Below, one piece after another: positions 1 to 9,441 of a stretch of 64,000 nt of DNA. The notes under the pieces are model-generated. The model saw nothing but the letters and a program-made list of their open reading frames with translations, did no database searches and was not told the DNA's origin. The translations under genes were made by a program, and so were the position numbers. Position 1 is the stretch's first letter. Each line of letters starts with the position of its first letter. Origin of the DNA: an uncultured Alphaproteobacteria bacterium (GTDB lineage: Bacteria > Pseudomonadota > Alphaproteobacteria > Methylaequorales > Methylaequoraceae); the NCBI GenBank assembly GCA_902522465.1, contig CABYVV010000002.1, positions 1,764 to 65,763 of the forward strand. Reading direction: 5' to 3'.

Positions 1-1
1 A

Positions 2-742
2 GGAAAAAGAATATTAAAAGATTTTGATTTAGAAGTATCCGAATTCTTAACTGATCAACTAAAGCTTAGAGGAATCAAGTTCATTACAAATTATTTTCCT
101 GAAAAGGTTTCTTTTTTAAAAAAAAAATATCAAATTTCAATAGGCAAAAAAGAAAAATTTTTTGATGAAGTTTTAGAGGCAACAGGTCGCGTTGCAAATA
201 TTGAAAGATTGGGAATTGGAAAATCAGGTGTTAAATTAGATAAAAACAAATCAATCATTATTAATGATTATTTTGAGACCTCAAAAACAAATATTTTTGC
301 TATTGGTGACGTTGTGGATAAAACACAACTTACACCAGTCGCAATTTCTGAAGCAATGACTTTTGTTGAAAATTTAAAGAAAACAAAGAAAAAAAAATTC
401 AATTATAATAATATCCCAACTGCAGTTTTCTCAAGTCCAAATTATGCTTTTGTTGGTTTTTCAGAGAATGAAGCAAGAAAAAAATTTTCAAGTGTTAAAG
501 TATTTAAATCCACGTTTACACCATTAAAATATTCTATGACAAAGATTAAAACTAAAGTTTTTATAAAGTTAATAGTAACTGGTGCCAGGCAAAGAATTAT
601 TGGTATTCATTATATTGGTGAAAATGCAGCAGAAATTATTCAAGGTTTTTCAGTTGCGGTTGTAAATAAATTGACAAAAAAACAACTAAATAAAACTCTT
701 GGGATTCATCCTACTAGTGCTGAAGAGATTGTCACTCTTTAA
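2..742 (+). CDS. gor: Glutathione-disulfide reductase, C-terminal part (5' end lies outside the window)
   Basis: Frame 2 is open from nt 2 with no stop, so the track's TTG start at 209 is internal. The product has a pyridine-nucleotide-disulfide oxidoreductase NAD and dimerisation domain ending ...LGIHPTSAEEIVTL, the typical GR-type C-terminus. Confidence 0.85.
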   Translation, partial: GKRILKDFDLEVSEFLTDQLKLRGIKFITNYFPEKVSFLKKKYQISIGKKEKFFDEVLEATGRVANIERLGIGKSGVKLDKNKSIIINDYFETSKTNIFAIGDVVDKTQLTPVAISEAMTFVENLKKTKKKKFNYNNIPTAVFSSPNYAFVGFSENEARKKFSSVKVFKSTFTPLKYSMTKIKTKVFIKLIVTGARQRIIGIHYIGENAAEIIQGFSVAVVNKLTKKQLNKTLGIHPTSAEEIVTL

Positions 743-797
743 AACAAACAATATTAAGGATTTGTAATTTATTTATAAATTATTATAAACTTATAAT

Positions 798-2147
798 ATG
801 AAACATAATTGGAATCCTTTATCTTGGAAAAATAAAAAAGCTCTTCACCAACCAATTTATGAAGATTTGAGTAAATTGAATAAAGTAATAGCGAGAATGA
901 AAAAGCTTCCTCCGTTGGTTTTTGCTGGAGAAGTAAGGGAACTTAAATGTGAATTATCAAAATGTGTAGACGGAAAAGGCTTTCTACTCCAAGCAGGAGA
1001 TTGCGCAGAAAGTTTTGCAGAATTTCATCCAAACTACATAAGAAATACTTTTAGAGTTATAATGCAGATGGCGGTTATTTTATCTTTTGCTTCAGGAGTA
1101 CCAGTTGTAAAGCTTGGAAGACTTGCGGGTCAGTTTGCAAAACCAAGATCGTCTCCAATTGAAAATAAAGATGGCATAGAACTACCAAGTTATCTAGGTG
1201 ACATGATAAATGGGATTGAATTCAACGAATTTTCTAGAAAACCTGACCCAGAAAGAATGATTCAATCTTACAATCAGGCAGCATCAACACAAAACCTTCT
1301 TAGAGCGTTTGCATACGGAGGTTACGCAGATTTATCTACAGTTCAAAATTGGAATCTTGATTTTGTAAAGAAATCAAAACAAGGTTCTAATTTTAAAAAT
1401 CTAGCCAATAGAATTTCTGAATGTCTTAATTTTATGAATGCCTGTGGAGTTAATAATCATAGTGTAAGACAATTATCTGAAACTAATTTTTATATTTCTC
1501 ATGAGGCACTACTATTACCATATGAATCGGCTTTCACAAGAGTAGATAGCACAAGTGGAGATTGGTATAATGTTGGAGCACATATGTTATGGATTGGAGA
1601 CAGAACTAGACAACTAAATGGAGCACATGTAGAATTTTGTTCTGGGATAAGCAATCCAATCGGAATAAAGGTTGGTCCTAAGACTGATTTATCAGAATTA
1701 ATTGAGGTAATAAAAAAAATTAACCCACAAAATGAAAAAGGAAAAATAATCTTAATTATTAGAATGGGGGCTAAATCTATTGAAAAGTTATATCCTCCAA
1801 TTTTAAAGAAAATTAAAAAATTGAAACTTAATGTGGTTTGGTCATGTGATCCTATGCATGCAAATACGGAAAAGGCTAAAAGTGGTTTTAAAACAAGAAT
1901 TTTTAGAAATATTTTGTCTGAAGTGAAATCTTTTTTTAAGATTCATAATATTCTAGGAATATACGCTGGTGGTATCCACCTTGAGATGACCGGTCAGAAT
2001 GTTACAGAGTGTATAGGAGGACTCCAAAAGATTTCAGATAAGGATTTAAGTAGCAGGTATCACACACACTGTGATCCACGGTTAAATGCTTCTCAGTCAA
2101 TTGAGTTGGCATTTTTAATAGCCTCTCATTTAAAAAAAATAAAATAA
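798..2147 (+). CDS. 3-deoxy-7-phosphoheptulonate (DAHP) synthase, class II
   Basis: 449 aa, the length and motif pattern of class II (plant/actinobacterial-type) DAHP synthases: LPPLVFAGE, QAGDCAESF, WIGDRTRQ, HLEMTG, HTHCDPRLN. Confidence 0.9.
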   Translation: MKHNWNPLSWKNKKALHQPIYEDLSKLNKVIARMKKLPPLVFAGEVRELKCELSKCVDGKGFLLQAGDCAESFAEFHPNYIRNTFRVIMQMAVILSFASGVPVVKLGRLAGQFAKPRSSPIENKDGIELPSYLGDMINGIEFNEFSRKPDPERMIQSYNQAASTQNLLRAFAYGGYADLSTVQNWNLDFVKKSKQGSNFKNLANRISECLNFMNACGVNNHSVRQLSETNFYISHEALLLPYESAFTRVDSTSGDWYNVGAHMLWIGDRTRQLNGAHVEFCSGISNPIGIKVGPKTDLSELIEVIKKINPQNEKGKIILIIRMGAKSIEKLYPPILKKIKKLKLNVVWSCDPMHANTEKAKSGFKTRIFRNILSEVKSFFKIHNILGIYAGGIHLEMTGQNVTECIGGLQKISDKDLSSRYHTHCDPRLNASQSIELAFLIASHLKKIK

Positions 2148-2160
2148 TTCTTGGAGATTA

Positions 2161-3792
2161 ATCATAAAGATTTTTATTTCACAGAAAAATACCACAGTAG
2201 GTGACATTGAAGGGAATTATGAAATTCTTAAAAAGTCTTATAATTCTGCAAGTAAAAATAATTGTGATTTTTTTCTAACAACTGAACTCTCTCTAACAGG
2301 TTATCCGCCACAGGATTTACTTTTTAGAGCAGATTTTATGAAAAGAGTAGATAATTACAAAAAAAAAATTGTGAAGCTATCCAAAAATAAGAAAACTATA
2401 TTTGTATTGAGTATTCCACAATTTTTTAAGAAAAAAGTCACAAATAGTTTATTACTAATAAATTCAGGAAAAATTATTTATACAGTTAGAAAAAAAGAGT
2501 TACCAAATTATGGTGTTTTTGATGAAAAAAGATATTTTAGTTCTTACGATGGCAAACGTAATATTTTCAAATATAAGAATTCTAAAATAAAATTTCTAAT
2601 ATGTGAAGATATGTGGGCTGATGATTTTTTCAAAAAAAAAAATAAACAGACTGTAGATTTATTAATTATAATAAATGCCTCGCCATTCGAAGTTGGTAAA
2701 TTTGAGTTAAGAAAAAAATTAGCATCTAAAAGAGCAAGGTTTTACAAATCACAATTAGTTTACTTAAATTTAGTTGGTTCCCAAGACGATCTAATTTTTG
2801 ATGGAGGTTCATTTGTGATGAATACCTCTGGAAAAATAATTTTACAAAAGCAATTTTTCAGTGACTCAGAAAAAATAGTTGATCTAAATATAAAACACAA
2901 AGCAGAAAAAAAAAATAAAGTTTCTGATTTAGAGCATTTATATAAAGCTTTAATGATCGGTCTTAAAAACTACTTTAAAAAAAATAACTTTAGTTCTGTT
3001 ACTTTGGGATTGTCAGGGGGAGTTGATTCCGCCCTTACATTATCTATAGTTGCAGATTGTTTGGATAAAAAAAAAATTAATTCTTTTTTTCTTCCATCAC
3101 TGTTCACCTCTAATGAAAGTAGAGTTGATGCTTTTAATCTTTCTAAAAGACTTAATTTGGAAACCACAGAGCTATCGATAGAAAATTTACGAAAAAATAT
3201 TTTACAAGAATTGAAGTTAGTTTTTAAAAAAACTAAACATGGTATAACAGAAGAAAACATACAATCCAGAATAAGAGGACTTCTACTCATGGCACTATCT
3301 AATAAATTCAATTCATTGCTTATTACAACAGGCAATAAATCAGAATTATCTGTTGGTTACTCTACTTTGTATGGAGATATGTGTGGAGGTTACTCTTTAT
3401 TGAAAGATATTTACAAAACCAAAGTATTTGAACTTTGCAAATGGAGAAATAATAATTATGCAGATGATTTCCTAATAAAAAAATTGAATGTAATCCCTGA
3501 AGAAATAATAAATAAAGAACCTTCAGCGGAATTAAAATTTAATCAAAAAGATAGTGACTCACTTCCAAAATATGAAACTCTTGATAATATTTTGGAATTG
3601 TTAATTGATAAAAATCAGGGAATAGAGTTCATTGTTAAGCAGGGATTTCCAAAAAAAACTGTGATGAAAATATGGGATCTCATCAAAAAGTCTGAATTCA
3701 AACGTTATCAAAGTGCAATTGGTCCTAAAGTATCTGGGATGTCATTATCCGCTGACAGAAGATTTCCCTTAATCAATAAATTTAGGTTATAG
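2161..3792 (+). CDS. nadE: Glutamine-dependent NAD+ synthetase (N-terminal CN-hydrolase domain plus C-terminal PP-loop synthetase)
   Basis: PP-loop GLSGGVDSAL. Nitrilase-type E-K-C triad contexts: TTELSLTGYPP, KKELPNYGVFDEKRYF, FLICEDMW. The conserved N-terminus (..KIFISQKNTTVGDIEGN) lies upstream of the first ATG (2338) in an open frame that has no ATG/GTG/TTG. The start is therefore uncertain (ATC 2161, ATA 2164 or ATT 2170). Confidence 0.85.
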   Translation: MIKIFISQKNTTVGDIEGNYEILKKSYNSASKNNCDFFLTTELSLTGYPPQDLLFRADFMKRVDNYKKKIVKLSKNKKTIFVLSIPQFFKKKVTNSLLLINSGKIIYTVRKKELPNYGVFDEKRYFSSYDGKRNIFKYKNSKIKFLICEDMWADDFFKKKNKQTVDLLIIINASPFEVGKFELRKKLASKRARFYKSQLVYLNLVGSQDDLIFDGGSFVMNTSGKIILQKQFFSDSEKIVDLNIKHKAEKKNKVSDLEHLYKALMIGLKNYFKKNNFSSVTLGLSGGVDSALTLSIVADCLDKKKINSFFLPSLFTSNESRVDAFNLSKRLNLETTELSIENLRKNILQELKLVFKKTKHGITEENIQSRIRGLLLMALSNKFNSLLITTGNKSELSVGYSTLYGDMCGGYSLLKDIYKTKVFELCKWRNNNYADDFLIKKLNVIPEEIINKEPSAELKFNQKDSDSLPKYETLDNILELLIDKNQGIEFIVKQGFPKKTVMKIWDLIKKSEFKRYQSAIGPKVSGMSLSADRRFPLINKFRL

Positions 3793-3794
3793 AT

Positions 3795-5138
3795 ATGTTA
3801 AGATTTGCTCCAAGTCCAACGGGATTTCTTCATATGGGTAATATGAGAGTCGCCTTACTAAATTTTCTATTTGCAAAAAAAAATAATTTTAAATTCTTTT
3901 TGAGAATTGATGATACTGACCAAGAAAGATCAAATGATAAATTTATTGACTCTATTACTGAAGACCTAAAATGGATAGGAATTGATTATTATAAAACGAT
4001 AAAACAATCAGATCGTAAATCAAAATATAGGGAAATTTTTGAAAAACTTAAAAATAAAAATTTTATTTATCCATGTTTTGAATCGCCAGAGGAACTTGCT
4101 TTAAAAAGAAAAATACTAATGAAACAAGGAAAACCACCAATTTATGATAGATCGTCTTTAATGTTAAAAAAAGATCAAATTAGGTCATTGTTATCTTCAG
4201 GTAAAAACCCTCACTGGAGACTTAAATTAAATAATGAAACAATAAAATGGAATGATATGATTCACGGAGATTTAAACTTCAATAATTTATCAGTATCTGA
4301 TCCTATAGTTTTTAGGTCTGATGAAATGCCATTATTTACAATTACTTCAGTTGTCGATGATGCTGACATGGGTGTGACACATGTATTTAGAGGAGATGAT
4401 CACATAACCAATACCGCTGCTCAAATCAAACTTTTTAAAGTAATTGATGCAAAAATACCTACCTTTGGACATTTTCCTTTAATGAAATCGAAATCAGGAA
4501 AAGGATTATCTAAAAGAACTGATTCGTTTTCGATAAGAGAATGTAGGAAAAATAAAATATCACCTATAGTTATTCTTAACTATTTAAAAAAAATTGGAAC
4601 TAATCAACCAATGGAAAAATTTGAAAATTTTGAAGAATTAGTAAAAAAATTTGATTTAAATTCATATTCTAGGAATTCAGTTTTTTTTGAACCAGAAGAT
4701 ATAATAAGATTAAATTCAAAATTTTTAAAAAACTTAGATTATATAAATGTAAAGGATAAGTTTAACGTAACATTTAATAAGGAATTTTGGGACATTATTA
4801 AATCTAATATCGATTCTATCGAAGAGGCAAATGATTGGTATGATATTTTAACTAAGCAATTAAAGTTAAAGGAAAAAATAGAATTAAGTAATGGATTTAA
4901 AAAAATTATTTTAGAGTCCATGCCAGAAAATATTAACAAAGAATTCTGGTCTACTTGGACAAACAGGATTTTAAAAAACACTGATTTAAAGCCAAAAGAA
5001 GTCTTTATTTTACTGAGAGAGATTTTAACTGGGAAGAAACATGGGCCAAGTATGAATGATTTGCTGACATTAATTCAAAAAGATGAGATTATCAGAAGAG
5101 TGGACTTAAATTGTGAAGAAAAAAATAAAATTATATGA
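3795..5138 (+). CDS. gltX: Glutamate--tRNA ligase
   Basis: Class I aaRS N-terminus MLRFAPSPTGFLHMGN (HIGH-type), a KMSKS-like GLSKR, and a length of 447 aa. Confidence 0.9.
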   Translation: MLRFAPSPTGFLHMGNMRVALLNFLFAKKNNFKFFLRIDDTDQERSNDKFIDSITEDLKWIGIDYYKTIKQSDRKSKYREIFEKLKNKNFIYPCFESPEELALKRKILMKQGKPPIYDRSSLMLKKDQIRSLLSSGKNPHWRLKLNNETIKWNDMIHGDLNFNNLSVSDPIVFRSDEMPLFTITSVVDDADMGVTHVFRGDDHITNTAAQIKLFKVIDAKIPTFGHFPLMKSKSGKGLSKRTDSFSIRECRKNKISPIVILNYLKKIGTNQPMEKFENFEELVKKFDLNSYSRNSVFFEPEDIIRLNSKFLKNLDYINVKDKFNVTFNKEFWDIIKSNIDSIEEANDWYDILTKQLKLKEKIELSNGFKKIILESMPENINKEFWSTWTNRILKNTDLKPKEVFILLREILTGKKHGPSMNDLLTLIQKDEIIRRVDLNCEEKNKII

Positions 5139-6687
5139 TAGTACTTTAAGAGATGGAGCACAGACAAAAGGTGTAAACTTTAGTTTAGACGATAAACTAA
5201 AGGTTGCAAAAATACTTGACCAGATTGGAATTGACTATATTGAGGGAGGGTGGCCCGGAGCAAATCCAACTGATGATAAATTTTTTAAGGCACTACCAAC
5301 ACTAAAAAATTCTAAAGTAGTTGCATTTGGTATGATGAGAAAGTCAGGTAAAAGTGCAAGTAATGACCCTAATTTAAATGCAGTTCTAAATTCTGGTGTC
5401 TCTTCAACATGTCTAGTTGGAAAGTCATGGGACTTTCAAGTTAAAAATGCATTGAGAGTTTCTCTTAATGAAAATTTAGATATGATAAGTGACACAATAA
5501 CGTTTGCCTCTAAAAGATTAGATGAAGTTCTTTTTGATGCAGAGCATTTTTTCGATGGCTATAAAAATAACCCTAAATATTCTCTTAACACATTAAAAAG
5601 AGCTTATGAAGCAGGTGCAAATTGGATAATTCTTTGTGATACTAATGGTGGAACACTACCATACGAGTTAAAAGACATTTTAAACCAAGTTAAGAAATTA
5701 ATTCCTGAAAACTGTCTTGGTGTTCACTTTCATAATGATACTGATAATGCAACATATAATTCACTAGAATCAGTCATAAATGGGGCAACCCAAGTACAAG
5801 GAACTTTTAATGGATTGGGTGAAAGATGCGGGAATGCTAATCTTGTAAACGTAGCTGCAAATATAATACTTAAAATGAAATATGACTGTAAGTTAAAAAA
5901 AAATATCAAAAAACTTACAAAGATTAGTAGATTAATAGATGAAACATTAAATAGAGAATCATCAAGGAACCTTCCTTTTGTTGGTTCAGCGGCCTTTGCG
6001 CATAAGGGAGGTCTTCATATCTCTGCTGTAGAGAAAGACCCAAAATGCTATGAACATATTGATCCCTCAAATGTTGGAAACGAGAGAGTATTGGTTGTTT
6101 CTAATCAATCAGGAAAAAGTAATATAATCAATAGACTAAAAAAATTAGATATACCTATTGAAGGTAAAGAAAAAAAAGTAGCAATTTTTTTAGAATTAAT
6201 AAAAAAACAAGAATTTCTTGGCTATGCGTATGATGGAGCTGAGGCGAGTTTTGAACTTATGGCAATAAGAAATTTTAAAGAATTTCGGGAATTCTATAGC
6301 TTAGAAAGTTTTAAAGTCTCTGATGAAAAAAGAAAAAATTCAAAAAATGAATTTGTACCTTTCTCTGAGGCAAGTGTAAAAATTATTGTTGAATCTAAAG
6401 AATTTTACAGTGCTTCTGAAGGCAACGGACCAATTCATGCTCTTGACAAAGCACTAAGGAATGCACTAGTAAAATTCTATCCGAAAATAAAAAAATTAAA
6501 TCTTGTTGATTATAAGGTCAGAATTTTAACACCACAAGATGGGACTAAAGCATTGGTAAGAGTAAGAATTGAATCTCGTAATGATAAATTAAAGTGGTCA
6601 ACTATAGGTGTTTCATATAACGTGATTGATGCTTCATACATCGCACTCAATGACAGTATTACTTATCATTTGCTAAAATCAAAATAA
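5113..6687 (+). CDS. cimA: (R)-citramalate synthase / 2-isopropylmalate synthase family protein
   Basis: HMGL-like TIM-barrel N-terminus LYDSTLRDGAQTKGVNFSLDDKLKVAKILDQIGIDYIEGGWPGANP, HFHNDTDNA, and a C-terminal LeuA-dimer regulatory domain. GTG start overlaps gltX by 26 nt. Confidence 0.8.
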   Translation: MKKKIKLYDSTLRDGAQTKGVNFSLDDKLKVAKILDQIGIDYIEGGWPGANPTDDKFFKALPTLKNSKVVAFGMMRKSGKSASNDPNLNAVLNSGVSSTCLVGKSWDFQVKNALRVSLNENLDMISDTITFASKRLDEVLFDAEHFFDGYKNNPKYSLNTLKRAYEAGANWIILCDTNGGTLPYELKDILNQVKKLIPENCLGVHFHNDTDNATYNSLESVINGATQVQGTFNGLGERCGNANLVNVAANIILKMKYDCKLKKNIKKLTKISRLIDETLNRESSRNLPFVGSAAFAHKGGLHISAVEKDPKCYEHIDPSNVGNERVLVVSNQSGKSNIINRLKKLDIPIEGKEKKVAIFLELIKKQEFLGYAYDGAEASFELMAIRNFKEFREFYSLESFKVSDEKRKNSKNEFVPFSEASVKIIVESKEFYSASEGNGPIHALDKALRNALVKFYPKIKKLNLVDYKVRILTPQDGTKALVRVRIESRNDKLKWSTIGVSYNVIDASYIALNDSITYHLLKSK

Positions 6688-6688
6688 T

Positions 6689-7423
6689 ATGAATTTATCA
6701 AGAATGCCTGAATTTATTTTGGTAAATACACAAATACCTGAAAATCTAGGAGCTTCTGCAAGAGCGATGCTCAATTTTGGACAAAAAAAAATGAGTATTG
6801 TTGCTCCTAAATTTGACTTAGCTAATGAAAAAATAATACCATTAGCTGCGGGAGCAGATGAGATATTGCAAGGTTTAAAAGTTTATTCAACTTTAGGGGA
6901 AGCTATAAAAAAACTTAATATCATTATTGCTACAACAAACAGAACAAGATCAATAAAAAAAAAACAAATTAATTTTGACAAACTTTGTAAACTATTTGAT
7001 GACAAAAGAAATAAAGTAGGAATAATATTTGGGCCTGAAAAAAGCGGATTAAATAATGACGATATATCTATGTGTGATTTTTTATTAAAAATTGAGTCAA
7101 ATGTAAAATTTTCTTCATTGAATCTTTCGCATGCTGTTGCAATTGTGTCTCATGAAATAATGAAGAACCAAAAACTAAGATTAAAACAAAATTTTATACC
7201 TGTTTTAAAAAACAATGAACAGGCAAGTAAAAGTGAATTAATCAATTTTTTTTCTCTTTTAGAAAATAATTTAGAAGATTCAGATTTCTTTTTGGTGAAA
7301 GAAAGAAAAAATATAATGAGACAAAAAATTAGGAATATTTTTAACAAATTAGAATTAACCTCTAATGATATAAAAACTTTACTAGGAATTATAAAAAGTT
7401 TAAAAAAAACAAGTAAAAAGTAA
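6689..7423 (+). CDS. SpoU/TrmH-family RNA 2'-O-methyltransferase (TrmJ-like)
   Basis: SPOUT-type motifs NLGASARAMLNFG, IIFGPEKSGL and LNLSHAVAIV, followed by a Lys-rich C-terminal tail. Confidence 0.75.
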   Translation: MNLSRMPEFILVNTQIPENLGASARAMLNFGQKKMSIVAPKFDLANEKIIPLAAGADEILQGLKVYSTLGEAIKKLNIIIATTNRTRSIKKKQINFDKLCKLFDDKRNKVGIIFGPEKSGLNNDDISMCDFLLKIESNVKFSSLNLSHAVAIVSHEIMKNQKLRLKQNFIPVLKNNEQASKSELINFFSLLENNLEDSDFFLVKERKNIMRQKIRNIFNKLELTSNDIKTLLGIIKSLKKTSKK

Positions 7424-7460
7424 ATTGACATAGTGGAAATTAAAAGTATATTTTTCTGAT

Positions 7461-8078
7461 ATGACAAGAATACTAAAATCAAAATATAAAGTCGATAGAA
7501 GGCTTAGATGTAACCTTTGGGGAAGACCAAAGAGTCCCTTTAATAGAAGAGATTATCCACCTGGATTAAACGGTCAGAATAGAAGAAAAAAACCATCTGA
7601 TTTTGGTATACAGCTTATGGCGAAACAAAAACTTAAATGTCACTACGGATATATAACTGAAAAACAATTCAGGAATCTGTTCTACAAAGCTTCGAAAATC
7701 AAAGGCAATACAAGCGAAAATTTAATTGAGCTTCTTGAGAGAAGACTTGACGCAGCAGTTTACAGAATGAAATTTGCAACAACAATATTTGCAGCCCGTC
7801 AATTTGTTAGTCACGGACATATTTTTGTTAATGGTAAAAAAGTTACTATTGCTTCCTATTCACTCAAAGATGGAGATTTGGTTGAAGTCAAAGAAAAAAG
7901 TCGAGAAATTCCTGTTGTTCTTGAAGCAATAAGCTCTACTGAAAGAGAAACACCTCAATACCTTTCTGTAGATTATGACAAACTTAAGGGAACTTTTCTT
8001 AAAGGTCCCAAGCCAGATGAAGTGCCCTACCCAGTAGTGATGGAACCTAATTTAGTAATTGAATATTATTCAAGATAG
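7461..8078 (+). CDS. rpsD: 30S ribosomal protein S4
   Basis: 205 aa. N-terminus [19 protein letters not shown] and an S4 RNA-binding domain [30 protein letters not shown]. Confidence 0.95.
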   Translation: MTRILKSKYKVDRRLRCNLWGRPKSPFNRRDYPPGLNGQNRRKKPSDFGIQLMAKQKLKCHYGYITEKQFRNLFYKASKIKGNTSENLIELLERRLDAAVYRMKFATTIFAARQFVSHGHIFVNGKKVTIASYSLKDGDLVEVKEKSREIPVVLEAISSTERETPQYLSVDYDKLKGTFLKGPKPDEVPYPVVMEPNLVIEYYSR

Positions 8079-8119
8079 ATCATACTATCAAATCTATAAA
8101 CAAACATTAGTTATCTTTT

Positions 8120-8863
8120 ATGTCAATTAGTGCGTTAATTGTTGCCAGAAACGAAGAGAAAATAATAGAAAATGCTTTTAAATCATTAGATTTTGTTGAT
8201 GAAATTGTTGTTGTTTTAGACAGATCAGAAGATAAGACCAAAGAAATAGCCTTGAATTATTCACAAAAGGTTTATGAGGGTTCATGGGCTTGTGAAGGTG
8301 TGAGAAGAAACTTTGGAATCTCCAAATGTAATTCTGACTGGATAATAGAAATTGATTCAGATGAGGTGGTTAGTAAAAAATTAGCAAGAGAAATTTTGCT
8401 AAAAACAAAAATTAGAAAAATAGATTTTTATTATATACCATTGATTAATTATCTATCAAAAAAGAAGATAATTAATGGATGGATGGCTTGCATGGCTCCA
8501 GAAGGAAAGTTTTTATTGTTTAGGAAGCAGAGCAAAATTTGGAAGGATGGTTCTGTTCATCCAGAATATGTCTTAAAAGGAAGGAAAGGTGAAGTTTTTA
8601 TTAATTGTTTAGATCATTACATGTCTGAGAATTATTTTGATTTAATATTAAGATTTAACAGAAATACGACCCTATATGCTAAAGATCTAAAATCACGAAA
8701 CGAGAACTTAAATAAACTTTTTTCAATAAGAAAGATATTTTCAAGATTTATTAAATCATTTTTATTAAAAAAGGGTTACAAATCAGGTGGAACGGGCATT
8801 TTAATAGCAATACTTTGCTCTACTTATCCTTTTATTTCTGCTCTAAAGTCAAAATATGATTGA
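8120..8863 (+). CDS. Family 2 glycosyltransferase
   Basis: GT-A N-terminus ISALIVARNEEKIIENAFKSL..DEIVVVLDRSEDKT and the acidic motif EIDSDE. Confidence 0.75.
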   Translation: MSISALIVARNEEKIIENAFKSLDFVDEIVVVLDRSEDKTKEIALNYSQKVYEGSWACEGVRRNFGISKCNSDWIIEIDSDEVVSKKLAREILLKTKIRKIDFYYIPLINYLSKKKIINGWMACMAPEGKFLLFRKQSKIWKDGSVHPEYVLKGRKGEVFINCLDHYMSENYFDLILRFNRNTTLYAKDLKSRNENLNKLFSIRKIFSRFIKSFLLKKGYKSGGTGILIAILCSTYPFISALKSKYD

Positions 8864-8865
8864 TT

Positions 8866-9201
8866 TTAATCTTTCAGCTCAAACTGTATATCTTTTTTTT
8901 TAAATAGGTCCTCAATCTCCCCATTTTCTAGCATATCTCTTAAAATATCAAATCCTCCAATGAATTCACTTTTTATATATATTTGAGGAATAGTGGGCCA
9001 ATCTGAAAAGACTTTAATTCCTTCTCGAAGTTCTATATCTTCAAGAACATTGTAAGTTTTATAATTAATTCCAAAATGATTCAATATTCCCACAACATTA
9101 GCAGAAAAGCCACACTGAGGAAAATCAGGAGTACCTTTCATAAATAATACAACATCATCTTTATTTATCATATCTTTGATCTTTTGATTAAGTTCTTCCA
9201 T
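8866..9201 (-). CDS. grxD: Monothiol glutaredoxin (Grx4 family)
   Basis: CGFS active-site context FMKGTPDFPQCGFS, then WPTIPQIYI..EFIGGFDI. Confidence 0.93.
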   Translation of the reverse strand: MEELNQKIKDMINKDDVVLFMKGTPDFPQCGFSANVVGILNHFGINYKTYNVLEDIELREGIKVFSDWPTIPQIYIKSEFIGGFDILRDMLENGEIEDLFKKKDIQFELKD

Positions 9202-9210
9202 ATCTCTCCT

Positions 9211-9441
9211 TTAATTATCTGAAGTTGTTAACATTAAGGCATGTAATGTAGTACCCATATGATGTCCAATTGCATTGTAAACTAGTTTATGTTGGTTTAT
9301 CTTTGACAGCCCCTTAAACGCCGATGATGTTATTTTTGCATGATAATGATTGTTATCACCTCTTATATCCTCAATTTCTATAATTGCGTCTGGAATCTTT
9401 TTTTTAATAAGTTCTTTTATTTCAATTGCAGTTAAAGTCAT
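9211..9441 (-). CDS. bolA: BolA-family protein
   Basis: 76 aa with BolA-like ..[29 protein letters not shown]. It is adjacent to its usual Grx4 partner. Confidence 0.85.
   Translation of the reverse strand: MTLTAIEIKELIKKKIPDAIIEIEDIRGDNNHYHAKITSSAFKGLSKINQHKLVYNAIGHHMGTTLHALMLTTSDN

Noticed and set aside
765-782. An 8-bp inverted repeat, TAATTTAT-tt-ATAAATTA, upstream of the DAHP synthase gene, as a possible operator.
   Set aside because: It is pure A/T sequence. Palindromes of this size are expected by chance in spacers of about 15% GC, and the 2-nt loop excludes a hairpin terminator. It is not distinctive enough to call.
2970-3335. Antisense or nested ORFs from the six-frame track that lie inside strong genes. 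Examples are 2970-3335, 4739-4981, 7150-7482, 10153-10719, 11362-11634, 12484-12858, 13568-14590, 20032-20349, 23054-23687, 26974-27798, 28958-29260, 30112-30781, 38227-38778, 45859-46692, 47764-47961, 50221-50478, 57717-58429, 58542-58944, 61040-61291 and 62811-63098.
   Set aside because: Each lies wholly within, and opposite or out of frame to, a gene with clear family-level motifs. Their translations are low-complexity (Phe/Leu/Ile/Ser/Lys-rich) with no recognisable motifs, as expected for stop-poor alternative frames of real genes.
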